Origin: Piromyces finnis finn
Taxonomy: Eukaryota > Fungi > Neocallimastigomycota
Length of the DNA: 64,000 nt
Direction of reading: 5' to 3'
Assembly (NCBI GenBank): GCA_002104945.1
Contig: MCFH01000086.1
Location: forward strand, 1-64,000
Shown: positions 26,107-38,364 of the stretch, one piece after another
How the letters are laid out: every line of letters starts with the position of its first letter
How positions within the stretch are numbered: position 1 is the first letter of the stretch
The notes under the pieces: generated by a model
Told to the model about the DNA's origin: nothing
The model's database searches: none
What the model saw: only the letters and a program-made list of their open reading frames with translations
Position numbers and translations under genes: made by a program

Positions 26107-26687
26107 TAGTTCTAATAATCCGGTGAATATTAATGTGTATGATTATTCTAGTGTGTGCAGTAAAATATTTAAATTCCTTCTTGGGGGAAGAAGTTTTAAC
26201 AATATTAATTACAATTCAAGGGAATGGAAAGAACTTTGTAAGCGTCAGATTCAATCTGGTACTAACGAAGGAACACCATTCTTGACGGTAACCGCGGAAC
26301 TTCTAACCAAAATCATGCCTTTTGCTATTGGCCAGCAATGGTCAATGTTCAAAAGGTTTGAAGCAACATCCAAGAGCGTCAATGCTGAAGAAACAGTAAG
26401 ACAGGCCAGGAGGGCCAGCGCAACCAATGGAGATCATAATTTTGTTCCATGACAAAATTTTGATCTTTGGCTCGGTGTCCCATTGGAAGTCAAATACAAT
26501 TATTATACTTTAGTATGATAGTGGCTTTCTTACTTTAATTAAAATTACTAGAATACATTATACCCAAATTTTATTCATTTGTGTTTATTTAAACATATTT
26601 TTTTTATTTTTATTTTTATTTTTATTTTTTATTACATGTATTATAATTTTAATTAAATTAATAATAAAGTTTAAAATATTTGATGCC

Positions 26688-26720
<33 letters not shown>

Positions 26721-26724
<4 letters not shown>

Positions 26725-26868
26725 TCAAGAAGATGCTTAAAAAAGATGTTTAGGAGAGTTAATGAATGGGCTTTGTATAATGAAATGGAATTTGGTATTC
26801 AGAAATGTTCAACGATGGTGATTCGTCCTGAATCAATAGAAAATCAGAACAAGAGAGATCCAACATTT
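26721..26868 (+). mobile_element. Older diverged RT-core fragment, right half
   Basis: Matches element RT sequence CLKKM.RRVNEWALYNEMEFGIQKCSTMVIRPESIENQNKRDPTF. Both halves together differ from copy A by about 8 substitutions and 1 indel over about 165 nt (manual count). Confidence 0.88.
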
Positions 26869-26949
26869 ATAATTCTAATTTAGATAGTAATTTAGTTAAT
26901 GATAGTAACTTTAATTAAATTAATAATAAAGTTTAAAATATTTGATGCC

Positions 26950-26989
<40 letters not shown>

Positions 26990-27092
26990 ATAGTAACAGT
27001 TCTAATAATCCGGTGAATATTAATGTGTATGATTATTCTAGTGTGTGCAGTAAAATATTTAAATTCCTTCTTGGGGGAAGAAGTTTTAACAA
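26869..27092 (+). mobile_element. Internal fragment of the element Asn-rich/C-terminal region, interrupted by a mini-insertion
   Basis: ataattctaatttagatag...gatagtaac, then the insert, then agttctaataatccggtg...gaagttttaacaa. Near-identical to about 25446-25581. Confidence 0.85.
26910..26987 (+). mobile_element. Extremely 5'-truncated copy (about 43 nt of 3' end plus A35); 12-bp TSD AATGATAGTAAC
   Basis: tttaattaaattaataataaagtttaaaatatttgatgccgtt followed by poly(A). AATGATAGTAAC lies at 26898-26909 and 26986-26997; both carry a C where the consensus has T. Confidence 0.88.
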
Positions 27093-30000
27093 CCCTCTTG
27101 GGAACGTGCCTTCATTTATTTAATAAATGTAGTTTCTCAAGGGGGTCTACTCATGCTCATGGTACTGAGAGAGTAGAAAGAATTAAATCCAAGTATTGCG
27201 CAATGGATGCTTGGTGCCCTCTTAGGAATGTGCCTTCATTTATTTAATAAATGTAATTTCTCAAGGGGGTCTACTCATGCTCATGGTACTGAGAGAGTAG
27301 AAAGAATTAAATCCAAGCATTGCGCAATGGATGCTTGGTTAGTCTTCAAGGGAAAATTATTAGGACTAAGCTCATGGTACTGAGCGATTAAAAAACATTT
27401 TATTCATCAAATTTAAGTATTTGATGAATAAGTGAATGTTTGATTTTTCAGGTAAGTTTGTATAGTATTTAATTAGAAGAGTAATACATTTTGTTGCTGT
27501 ATTTTTTCTTTTATTCATGTATTCATGTAGTACTACTCTTCTCTTGTAAGAATCCAATGTAGTCAACTTTAGCATTTGCATTGTACTTTTATATTCATGT
27601 AGCTATTGTTGTATTGTTTCTTGTAAGAGACTGATTCACTCTACATCATGTAAAAATACTATTCACAAGCTTTCTGGTGTCGACATTCTTGATTCAAATT
27701 TTTTACCAATTTAAATATTTAATGAAAAGTAAAGTCAAACAAGTTTAGTGTCAAAAAGCGAATCGAATTTACTAACAACAAACCAAAACTAGAATTTTTA
27801 AAGAAAATTTACAACTAGAATTCAAAAAATAAGAAACTTTAAACAAAGCATCGTAACAATTTTTGTACTATCCAGTACTTTTAAGAAGAGAGAGAGAGAC
27901 AGATTTTTTTCCATATACGTTATATTTGTAATTTTTATTAGTATTTATTTTATATTCAATATTTTTTAATTAGAATTTATTATCATGTCAGTCCTTTATA
28001 TTAAAGATAAGAATTATATCAGACGTGGTACCCGGTCTTATGGTATCCCCTTAGATGATATTCGCTCCTTCTTTATCCGTGGTATTCGATCATGGTCAGT
28101 AAATATGCTATGGGAAAAACTCGAGGTTATTCTAGAAGATAAATTTAATTCAGTTATTAGTGTTAAATATTTTCAAACTTTCAATGATCAATTTTTCTTA
28201 GTCAAGGTTCATGGTTCATCAAAAGATTGTATTAAAATCTTACACATGTTAAAGAAGAAACTTTCAGTTACCTCAATTTCCTTTTCAGCTCGTAGTAGAA
28301 GGAATCACAAATACACTTTTTCCACTCTCAAACGTAAAATTTTAGTTTCTAATAAACATCAACATTCTATTCAACAATCATTTCAACAATCAGTTCAACA
28401 ATCAGTTCAACAATCTCATCAACAATCCGATCTTCAACGAGATCTTCAACAGGATCTTCAACAAGTTTCCCATCATGAAAATATTCCAGATCTACAGCAA
28501 ACACAATTTCAATCTCAACATTCAACAATTAATTCTAATAGTTCTATCAACTCTGATAACAGTTCAATAGTTGATAGTTCTTCAGTTTCACAGCCATCTA
28601 GTAATAGTTCTACTTATTCCTCTGATGCATCATCCATTAATAACGATGACTTTAATAATAATAATAATAGCAACGATTCTTCCTCATACAACAAGCCTGA
28701 TAACTTTTCTTTTTGTCTTAGTTGGAACACCAATGGGTGGAATCATGAAAAGAGAGATAGTATTAGCTATTTCACAGCTATTTTCAAACCATTATTCTTA
28801 TGTTTCCAAGAAACTGGTAATGGTTCTGGTTCGAATACAGATTATCCTTGTCGTGTTACTTTGCGAAACTATAGACACTTTTTCAAGAAAGCTGACGAAT
28901 CAGTTCCGGGAATGAGAGGTTTATATTTAGGTTTTCACAATTCGTGTCAAGCCTCACTTGAAAACTTCTCTGGAAAGTATATTATTTCTATTTATACTTT
29001 TAGTCTCTGGAATAGATTCAAATGCTCGATTGGAAATGTTTATATGCCTCATAGTCATCACAACATCTATGTTGATCATGCAAAGTTAGAAGTTCGCTTG
29101 TGGTTACAAACTCATTCATCCCATCCATCGATTCTTGTTGGTGATTTTAATATGTCTAAAGTAAAATTATCCAACTGGTTATCAACTAATGGATTAGGAG
29201 ATTGGGAAATTCTTCCGCTTAGAGGGTCTACTATCTCTTGGACTCGAGGTGAACAATCTTCCGACATTGACCATGCTCTTATCAATTCGAAGATGAAAGA
29301 TCTTATTCACTCAGGATCATTTATAAATAATTTTTATCCTGTATCAGACCATAAGCCACTTCTTATTAATGGTAAAATTATTCCTATGGAAGATTTTTCT
29401 AATGACTTTAACGTTCCTAAGAAAATTCTGAAATGGAATAGATTAAAATGTATTGAGGAAAAGGAATCTATTCTCAGTCATAATAAATTCCAAATACTTT
29501 CAGCAAAATTCAACGATCCTAATGTTTCTACAGATGAACTTTCCAAAGAGTTTACTTCAACTGCTTTTTCAATTGCAGACGAGCTCAGTATTACCTCAGC
29601 AAATAATGTTATAAAGTCTTCATTTCATATTTCACAACAAATTTTTAATCTCCAAAAAATCAAAATGAAGTTGTATAAGAGATTTAAAAAAGAAAGAATT
29701 TATGATATAGATGAATTTATTAAAAGAATTAAAATCTACCGTAAGCTCATTGATTACATCCACAAAAGATGTAATGAATTTAGGAAACAAGAATATCTTC
29801 ATTGGATTAAAACAGGATGTGAGTATATGAAGAGTCATAATCCTAAGAAGGCCTGGAAATGGATCAAGAAAACTGCAAAAATTGGAAAAGATTCTTTCTT
29901 TATTGCTCAACCAATTAAAAATAAAAATGGAGAATTAGTTGTTGCTACGGAAGAACAACTAGATGTGTGGCATGATCATTTCGAAAATCTTGCATCAGAT

Positions 30001-32755
30001 CCAAGTGGCGTAAGTCTTGATTTGGAGCATTGGTATGAAGAACCAACGAATAAACGTTTTTCACTCCCTATGCTTGATGAATGGGATATCAACCAAGATA
30101 TTAGTATTGATGAAGTCAAGTCAGCTATCCTCTCTACTCCGAATTATAAAGCATCAGGTCCGGATGGTATTCCAATTGAATTTTACAAAGCATTAATTCC
30201 ATCAAGTAATGATTCTAATAATGCTACAGATAATAATTCTTCCGGTAATACCACTTCAGATAATGATGCTTATGGTTTAAATTTTATTCTTAAATTATAC
30301 AACCGTATTTGGGATGGAGATTTCCCCAACTCATGGAATGAATCCAGTATTGTTTCTATTCCTAAGAAGGGAGATTTGACAGATTGTGATAACTATCGAG
30401 GTATATCACTTATCAATAATGGTATTAAGTTGATTTCCAAAATTGTCACCACTAGAATCTCAGAATATGGTCTAAAGAATAATTTCATTAGACCTGAACA
30501 ATTTGGTTTTCGAAAAAAGGAAGAAAGTATCAGTCTTTTCATTTCAATCCAAGAAATATGCCGTAGACGTCAATTAGATAATAAAGAGACATATTTGGCC
30601 TTTTTAGATCTCAGGAAAGCATACGATTCAGTCCCAATCGGTAATATTCTCCATAAATTAGATTGTTTAGGAATCCGAGGTAAGAGTTTACAATTCATCA
30701 AAAATTTATATTTAACATCTAAGGCTAATGTCAAATTAGATGGACAATTCTCGAAATCTTTTGATGTGAAGAAAGGAGTCCGTCAAGGATGCCCTCTTTC
30801 TCCTATTCTCTTTAATCTCTTTATTAATGATATATTTAAAGAGTGTGAAGATCTCGGAGTCAGTTTAGGTGACACTCGATGCTGTGGTGGACTTTTTGCA
30901 GATGATATAGTTATTTGTGCTCCAACAAGAGGATGCTTAAAAAAGATGCTTAGAAGAGTTAATGAATGGGCCTTGTATAATGAAATGGAATTTGGTATCC
31001 AGAAGTGTTCAACGATGGTGATTCGTCCTGAATCAATAGAAAATCAGAACAAGAGAGATCCAACATTTTACTTAGCAGGACAACCCATTCCAACTACTGA
31101 TTGTTATACTTATCTTGGTGTTCCATTTGATAAGAATCTGTCCCTTAAACCAGTTATTAAAGCTCTTAATAACAAGGTTTTGAAAGGACTTTTCTCAGTC
31201 AGTAAATTCTTAAGAAATCCTAATATTCCTATTCCCTTCAAAAAGCTAGTACTTAACTCACAAGTGATTAGCAGAGTTTCATACTTTGCACCATTACTTG
31301 GATCCAACAAAGCTAGGTCTAGTATTGCTCAGAAGCATGTTAACAAAGGAATACGATGGGTTGCCGGAGTTCATAAAGCTGTATCGTTTATATCTTTATA
31401 CTCTATCTCAAAAGATTTGAATATTCCTCCATTGTCAGCCAAATGTGGGTTAGCTCAGGTTAGATGTTTTAACAAATGGAAAAACTCAAATTGTATTATC
31501 TCACACCTTGTCAATTACATTCCTAAATTTAGAAAATACACGTGGTGCAAATCAAGTAGGACACTTGATAAAAAATTAAAGAAACATGGAGATGTTAAAG
31601 CAGTTAAAAACTTTTATTGGAAAGATCTCAAAGGGAATTCAATCAAAGCGCAATATTATGATGATAATAAATTTATTGAAACTAAAGATTTTATTAAATT
31701 ATGTTATGAGTACCCAGAGTTTGCCTATGGCTTCTACTGGCTATTGAAAGCAAGAAGCGGATACAAGTTGGATGCTAGAGTTGCCAAAGCTGCCAAATTT
31801 GTTGATCCAGTTTGTCCTAACTACTGTCCATGTTGCAAGTGTGAAGATCAAAGTATTAAACATTGGTTATTAGATTGTCCAACATTTAGAGATATCCGTA
31901 TTAAACATTATGATTCCATAGTCCAGCTATTAAATTTTTTCAGTCAACGTAATTCCAATAGTCCTATCAATAATAATGAAATTGATAATATCAGTAGAGA
32001 TAGCAATAACATTAATAGTAATAGTAACAATAGTAGTAATAACAATAGTAATAGTAACAATAGTAATAGTAACAATAGTAATAATAACAATAATAGAAAT
32101 AATAATATTAGTAATGATAGCAATAGTGAAGATAATAATTCTAATTTAGATAGTAATTTAGTTAATGATAGTAATAGTTCTAATAATCCGGTGAATATTA
32201 ATGTGTATGATTATTCTAGTGTGTGCAGTAAAATATTTAAATTCCTTCTTGGGGGAAGAAGTTTTAACAATATCAATTACAATTCAAGGGAATGGAAAGA
32301 ACTTTGTAAGCGTCAGATTCAATCTGATACTAACGAAGGAACACCATTCTTGACGGTAACCGCGGAACTTCTAACCAAAATCATGCCTTTTGCTATTGGC
32401 CAGCAATGGTCAATGTTCAAAAGGTTTGAAGCAACATCCAAGAGCGTCAATGCTGAAGAAACAGTAAGACAGGCCAGGAGGGCCAGCGCAACCAATGGAG
32501 ATCATAATTTTGTTCCATGACAAAATTTTGATCTTTGGCTCGGTGTCCCATTGGAAGTCAAATACAATTATTATACTTTAGTATGATAGTGGCTTTCTTA
32601 CTTTAATTAAAATTACTAGAATACATTATACCCAATTTTTATTCATTTGTGTTTATTTAAACATATTTTTTTTATTTTTATTTTATTTTTAATTTTTTAT
32701 TACATGTATTATAATTTTAATTAAATTAATAATAAAGTTTAAAATATTTGATGCC

Positions 32756-32794
<39 letters not shown>
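27093..32794 (+). mobile_element. Copy C: full-length with intact ORF (5' end at 27093, or at about 27217 if the first monomer belongs to copy D)
   Basis: Two 124-bp monomers, ORF 27985-32520, poly(A) 32759-32794. ATGCTTGGTG lies at 27207-27216 and 32794-32803. Confidence 0.93.
27985..32520 (+). CDS. Intact APE-RT polyprotein, 1511 aa
   Basis: Same motifs as copy A with FADD intact, plus one extra QQSV repeat. Confidence 0.95.
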   Translation: MSVLYIKDKNYIRRGTRSYGIPLDDIRSFFIRGIRSWSVNMLWEKLEVILEDKFNSVISVKYFQTFNDQFFLVKVHGSSKDCIKILHMLKKKLSVTSISFSARSRRNHKYTFSTLKRKILVSNKHQHSIQQSFQQSVQQSVQQSHQQSDLQRDLQQDLQQVSHHENIPDLQQTQFQSQHSTINSNSSINSDNSSIVDSSSVSQPSSNSSTYSSDASSINNDDFNNNNNSNDSSSYNKPDNFSFCLSWNTNGWNHEKRDSISYFTAIFKPLFLCFQETGNGSGSNTDYPCRVTLRNYRHFFKKADESVPGMRGLYLGFHNSCQASLENFSGKYIISIYTFSLWNRFKCSIGNVYMPHSHHNIYVDHAKLEVRLWLQTHSSHPSILVGDFNMSKVKLSNWLSTNGLGDWEILPLRGSTISWTRGEQSSDIDHALINSKMKDLIHSGSFINNFYPVSDHKPLLINGKIIPMEDFSNDFNVPKKILKWNRLKCIEEKESILSHNKFQILSAKFNDPNVSTDELSKEFTSTAFSIADELSITSANNVIKSSFHISQQIFNLQKIKMKLYKRFKKERIYDIDEFIKRIKIYRKLIDYIHKRCNEFRKQEYLHWIKTGCEYMKSHNPKKAWKWIKKTAKIGKDSFFIAQPIKNKNGELVVATEEQLDVWHDHFENLASDPSGVSLDLEHWYEEPTNKRFSLPMLDEWDINQDISIDEVKSAILSTPNYKASGPDGIPIEFYKALIPSSNDSNNATDNNSSGNTTSDNDAYGLNFILKLYNRIWDGDFPNSWNESSIVSIPKKGDLTDCDNYRGISLINNGIKLISKIVTTRISEYGLKNNFIRPEQFGFRKKEESISLFISIQEICRRRQLDNKETYLAFLDLRKAYDSVPIGNILHKLDCLGIRGKSLQFIKNLYLTSKANVKLDGQFSKSFDVKKGVRQGCPLSPILFNLFINDIFKECEDLGVSLGDTRCCGGLFADDIVICAPTRGCLKKMLRRVNEWALYNEMEFGIQKCSTMVIRPESIENQNKRDPTFYLAGQPIPTTDCYTYLGVPFDKNLSLKPVIKALNNKVLKGLFSVSKFLRNPNIPIPFKKLVLNSQVISRVSYFAPLLGSNKARSSIAQKHVNKGIRWVAGVHKAVSFISLYSISKDLNIPPLSAKCGLAQVRCFNKWKNSNCIISHLVNYIPKFRKYTWCKSSRTLDKKLKKHGDVKAVKNFYWKDLKGNSIKAQYYDDNKFIETKDFIKLCYEYPEFAYGFYWLLKARSGYKLDARVAKAAKFVDPVCPNYCPCCKCEDQSIKHWLLDCPTFRDIRIKHYDSIVQLLNFFSQRNSNSPINNNEIDNISRDSNNINSNSNNSSNNNSNSNNSNSNNSNNNNNRNNNISNDSNSEDNNSNLDSNLVNDSNSSNNPVNINVYDYSSVCSKIFKFLLGGRSFNNINYNSREWKELCKRQIQSDTNEGTPFLTVTAELLTKIMPFAIGQQWSMFKRFEATSKSVNAEETVRQARRASATNGDHNFVP

Positions 32795-32796
<2 letters not shown>

Positions 32797-35700
32797 CTTG
32801 GTGCCCTCTTAGGAACGTGCCTTCATTTATTTAATAATGGAGTTTATCAAGGGGTCTACTCATGCTCATGGTACTGAGAGAGTAGAAAGAATTAAATCCA
32901 AGCATTGCGCAATGGATGCTTGGTTAGTCTTTAAGGGAAAATTATTAGGACTAAGCTCATGGTACTGAGCGATTAAAAAACATTTTATTCATCGAATTAA
33001 GTATTTGATGAATAAGTTGAATGTTTGATATTCAGGTAAGTTTGTATAGTATTTAATTAGAAGAGTAATACATTTTGTTGCTGTATTTTTTCTTTTATTC
33101 ATGTATTCATGTAGTACTACTCTTCTCTTGTAAGAATCCAATGTAGTCAACTTTAGCATTTGCATTGTATTTTTATATTCATGTAGCTATTGTTGTATTG
33201 TTTCTTGTAAGAGACTGATTCACTCTACATCATGTAAAAATACTATTCACAAGCTTTCTGGTGTCGACATTCTTGATTCAAATTTTTTACCAATTTAAAT
33301 ATTTAATGAAAAGTAAAGTCAAACAAGTTTAGTGTCAAAAAGCGATTCGAATTTACTAACAACAAACCAAAACTAGAATTTTTAAAGAAAATTTACAACT
33401 AGAATTCAAAAAAAGAAACTTTAAACAAAGCATCGTAACAATTTTTGTACTATCCAGTACTTTTAAGAAGAGAGAGAGAGACAGATTTTTTTTCCATATA
33501 CGTTATATTTATAATTTTATTAGTATTTATTTTATATTCAATATTTTTAATTAGAATTTATTATCATGTCAGTCCTTTATATTAAAGACAAGAATTATAT
33601 CAGACGTGGTACCCGGTCTTATGGTATCCCCTTAGATGATATTCGCTCCTTCTTTATCCGTGGTATTCGATCATGGTCAGTAAATATGCTATGGGAAAAA
33701 CTCGAGGTTATTCTAGAAGATAAATTTAATTCAGTTATTAGTGTTAAATATTTTCAGACTTTCAATGATCACTTTTTCTTAGTCAAGGTTCATGGTTCAT
33801 CGAAAGATTGTATTAAAATCTTACACATGTTAAAGAAGAAACTTTCAGTTACCTCAATTTCCTTTTCAGCTCGTAGTAGAAGGAATCACAAATACACTTT
33901 TTCCACTCTCAAACGTAAAATTTTAGTTTCTAATAAACATCAACATTCTATTCAACAATCATTTCAACAATCAGTTCAACAATCTCATCAACAATCCGAT
34001 CTTCAACTAGATCTTCAACAAGATCTTCAACAAGTTTCCAATCATGAAAATATTCCAGATCTACAGCAAACACAATTTCAATCTCAACATTCAACAATTA
34101 ATTCTAATAGTTCTATCAACTCTGATAACAGTTCAATAGTTGATAGTTCTTCAGTTTCACAGCCATCTAGTAATAGTTCTACTTATTCCTCTGATGCATC
34201 ATCCATTAATAACGATGACTTTAATAATAATAATAATAGCAACGATTCTTCCTCATCCAACAAGCCTGATAACTTTTCTTTTTGTCTTAGTTGGAACACC
34301 AATGGGTGGAATCACGAAAAGAGAGATAGTATTAGCTATTTCACAGCTATTTTCAAACCATTATTTTTATGTTTCCAAGAAACTGGTAATGGTTCTGGTT
34401 CGAATACAGATTATCCTTGTCGTGTTACTTTGCGAAACTATAGACACTTTTTCAAGAAAGCTGACGAATCAGTTCCGGGAATGAGAGGTTTATATTTAGG
34501 TTTTCACAATTCATGTCAAGCCTCACTTGAAAACTTCTCTGGAAAGTATATTATTTCTATTTATACTTTTAGTCTCTGGAATAGATTCAAATGCTCGATT
34601 GGTAATGTTTATATGCCTCATAGTCATCACAACATCTATGTTGATCATGCAAAGTTAGAAGTTCGCTTGTGGTTACAAACTCATTCATCCCATCCATCGA
34701 TTCTTGTTGGTGATTTTAATATGTCTAAAGTAAAATTATCCAACTGGTTATCAACTAATGGATTAGGAGATTGGGAAATTCTTCCGCTTAGAGGGTCTAC
34801 TATCTCTTGGACTCGAGGTGATCAATCTTCCGACATTGACCATGCTCTTATCAATTCGAAGATGAAAGATCTTATTCACTCAGGATCATTTATAAATAAT
34901 TTTTATCCTGTATCAGACCATAAGCCACTTCTTATTAATGGTAAAATTATTCCTATGGAAGATTTTTCTAATGACTTTAATGTTCCTAAGAAAATTCTGA
35001 AATGGAATAGATTAAAATGTATTGAGGAAAAGGAATCTATTTCAGTCATAATAAATTCCAAATACTTTCAGCAAAATCCAACGATCCTAATGTTTCTACA
35101 GATGAACTTTCCAAAGAGTTTACTTCAACTGCTTTTTCAATTGCAGACGAGCTCAGTATTACTTCAGCAAATAATGTTATAAAGTCTTCATTTCATATTT
35201 CACAACAAATTTTTAATCTTCAAAAAATCAAAATGAAGTTGTATAAGAGATTTAAAAAAGAAAGAATTTATGATATAGATGAATTTATTAAAAGAATTAA
35301 AATCTACCGTAAACTCATTGATTACATCCACAAAAGATGTAATGAATTTAGGAAGCAAGAATATCTTCATTGGATTAAAACAGGATGTGAGTATATGAAG
35401 AGTCATAATCCTAAGAAGGCCTGGAAATGGATCAAGAAAACTGCAAAAATTGGAAAAGATTCTTTCTTTATTGCTCAACCAATTAAAAATAAAAATGGAG
35501 AATTAGTTGTTGCTACGGAAGAACAACTAGATGTGTGGCATGATCATTTCGAAAATCTTGCATCAGACCCAAGTGGTGTAAGTCTTGATTTGGAGCATTG
35601 GTATGAAGAACCAATGAATAAACGTTTTTCACTTCCTATGCTTGATGAGTGGGATATCAACCAAGATATTAGTATTGATGAAGTCAAGTCAGCTATCCTC

Positions 35701-38321
35701 ACTACTCCAAATTATAAAGCATCAGGTCCGGATGGTATTCCAATTGAATTTTACAAAGCATTAGTTCCATCAAGTAATGATTCTAATAATGCTACAGATA
35801 ATAATTCTTCTGGTAATACTACTTCAGATAATGATGCTCATGGTTTAAATTTTATTCTTAAATTATTCAACCGTATTTGGGATGGAGATTTCCCCAACTC
35901 ATGGAATGAATCCAGTATTGTTTCTATTCCTAAGAAGGGAGATTTGACAGATTGTGATAACTATCGAGGTATATCACTTATCAATAATGGTATTAAGTTG
36001 ATTTCCAAAATTGTCACCACTAGAATCTCAGAATATGGTTTAAAGAATAATTTCATTAGACCTGAACAATTTGGTTTTCGAAAAAAGGAAGAAAGTATTA
36101 GTCTTTTCATTTCAATCCAAGAAATATGCCGTAGACGTCAATTAGATAATAAAGAGACATATTTGGCCTTTTTAGATCTCAGGAAAGCATACGATTCAGT
36201 CCCAATCGGTAATATTCTCCATAAATTAGATTGTTTAGGAATCCGAGGTAAGAGTCTACAATTTATCAAAAATTTATATTTAACATCTAAGGCTAATGTC
36301 AAATTAGATGGACAATTCTCGAAATCTTTTGATGTGAAGAAAGGAGTCCGTCAAGGATGCCCTCTTTCTCCTATTCTCTTTAATCTCTTTATTAATGATA
36401 TATTTAGAGAGTGCGAAGATCTAGGAGTCAGTTTAGGTGACACTCGATGCTGTGGTGGACTTTTTGCAGATGATATAGTTATTTGTGCTCCAACAAGAGG
36501 ATGCTTAAAAAAGATGCTTAGAAGAGTTAATGAATGGGCATTGTATAATGAAATGGAATTTGGTATCCAGAAATGTTCAACGATGGTGATTCGTCCTGAA
36601 TCAATAGAAAATCAGAACAAGAGAGATCCAACATTTTACTTAGCAGGACAACCCATTCCAACTACTGATTGTTATACTTATCTTGGTGTTCCATTTGATA
36701 AGAATCTGTCCCTTAAACCAGTTATTAAAGCTCTTAATAACAAGGTTTTGAAAGGGCTTTTCTCAGTCAGTAAATTCTTAAGAAATCCTAATATTCCTAT
36801 TCCTTTCAAAAAACTAGTACTTAACTCACAAGTGATTAGCAGAGTTTCATACTTTGCACCATTACTTGGATCCAACAAAGCTAGGTCTAGGATTGCTCAG
36901 AAGCATGTTAACAAAGGAATACGATGGGTTGCCGGAGTTCATAAAGCTGTATCGTTTATATCTTTATACTCTATTTCAAAAGATTTGAATATTCCTCCAT
37001 TGTCAGCCAAATGTGCGTTAGCTCAGGTTAGATGTTTTAACAAATGGAAAAACTCAAATTGTATTATCTCAACCTTGTCAATTACATTCCTAAATTTAGA
37101 AAATACACGTGGTGCAAATCAAGTAGGACACTTGATAAAAAACTAAAGAAACATGGAGATGTTAAAGCAGTTAAAAACTTTTATTGGAAAGATCTCAAAG
37201 GGAATTCAATCAAAGCGCAATATTATGATGATAATAAATTTATTGAAACTAAAGATTTTATTAAATTATGTTATGAGTACCCAGAGTTTGCCTATGGCTT
37301 CTACTGGCTATTGAAAGCAAGAAGCGGATACAAGTTGGATGCTAGAGTTGCCAAAGCTGCCAAATTTGTTGATCCAGTTTGTCCTAACTACTGTCCATGT
37401 TGCAAGTGTGGGTTCAAAGTATTAAACATTGGTTATTAGATTGTCCAACATTTAGAGATATCCGTATTAAACATTATGATTCCATAGTCCAGCTATTAAA
37501 TTTTTTCAGTCAACGTAATTCCAATAGTCCTATCAATAATAATGAAATTGATAATATCAGTAGAGATAGCAATAACATTAATAGTAATAGTAACAATAGT
37601 AGTAATAACAATAGTAATAGTAACAATAGTAATAGTAACAATAGTAATAATAACAATAATAGAAATAATAATATTAGTAATGATAGCAATAGTGAAGATA
37701 ATAATTCTAATTTAGATAGTAATTTAGTTAATGATAGTAATAGTTCTAATAATCCGGTGAATATTAATGTGTATGATTATTCTAGTGTGTGCAGTAAAAT
37801 ATTTAAATTCCTTCTTGGGGGAAGAAGTTTTAACAATATTAATTACAATTCAAGGGAATGGAAAGAACTTTGTAAGCGTCAGATTCAATCTGGTACTAAC
37901 GAAGGAACACCATTCTTGACGGTAACCGCGGAACTTCTAACCAAAATCATGCCTTTTGCTATTGGCCAGCAATGGTCAATGTTCAAAAGGTTTGAAGCAA
38001 CATCCAAGAGCGTCAATGCTGAAGAAACAGTAAGACAGGCCAGGAGGGCCAGCGCAACCAATGGAGATCATAATTTTGTTCCATGACAAAATTTTGATCT
38101 TTGGCTCGGTGTCCCATTGGAAGTCAAATACAATTATTATACTTTAGTATGATAGTGGCTTTCTTACTTTAATTAAAATTACTAGAATACATTATACCCA
38201 ATTTTTATTCATTTGTGTTTATTTAAACATATTTTTTTTATTTTTATTTATTTTTAATTTTTTTATTACATGTATTATAATTTTAATTAAATTAATAATA
38301 AAGTTTAAAATATTTGATGCC

Positions 38322-38362
<41 letters not shown>
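32794..38362 (+). mobile_element. Copy D: full-length with three frameshifts
   Basis: Follows the copy C poly(A) directly. ORF pieces 33566-35182, 35233-37146, 37044-37439 and 37397-38086. Poly(A) 38325-38362. Confidence 0.93.
33566..38086 (+). pseudogene. Frameshifted APE-RT ORF of copy D
   Basis: Single-base deletions near 35041 (tctatttcag vs tctattctcag), 37071 (ctcaacc vs ctcacacc) and 37411 (tgtgggttc vs tgtggtgttc). These may be real or sequencing errors. Confidence 0.8.

Positions 38363-38364
<2 letters not shown>

Larger units (their letters stand above)
20444..26720 (+). mobile_element. Copy B: 5'-truncated element (20444-20542 plus 26102-26720) split by copy A; 13-bp TSD TCATTCAAGAAGA
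   Basis: Starts in the Asn-rich repeat, resumes after the copy A poly(A) and ends in A30 (26691-26720). TCATTCAAGAAGA lies at 20431-20443 and 26721-26733. Confidence 0.88.

Noticed and set aside
26680-27247. Poly-Lys chimeric ORFs
   Set aside because: Read-through of poly(A) tails into adjacent element fragments.
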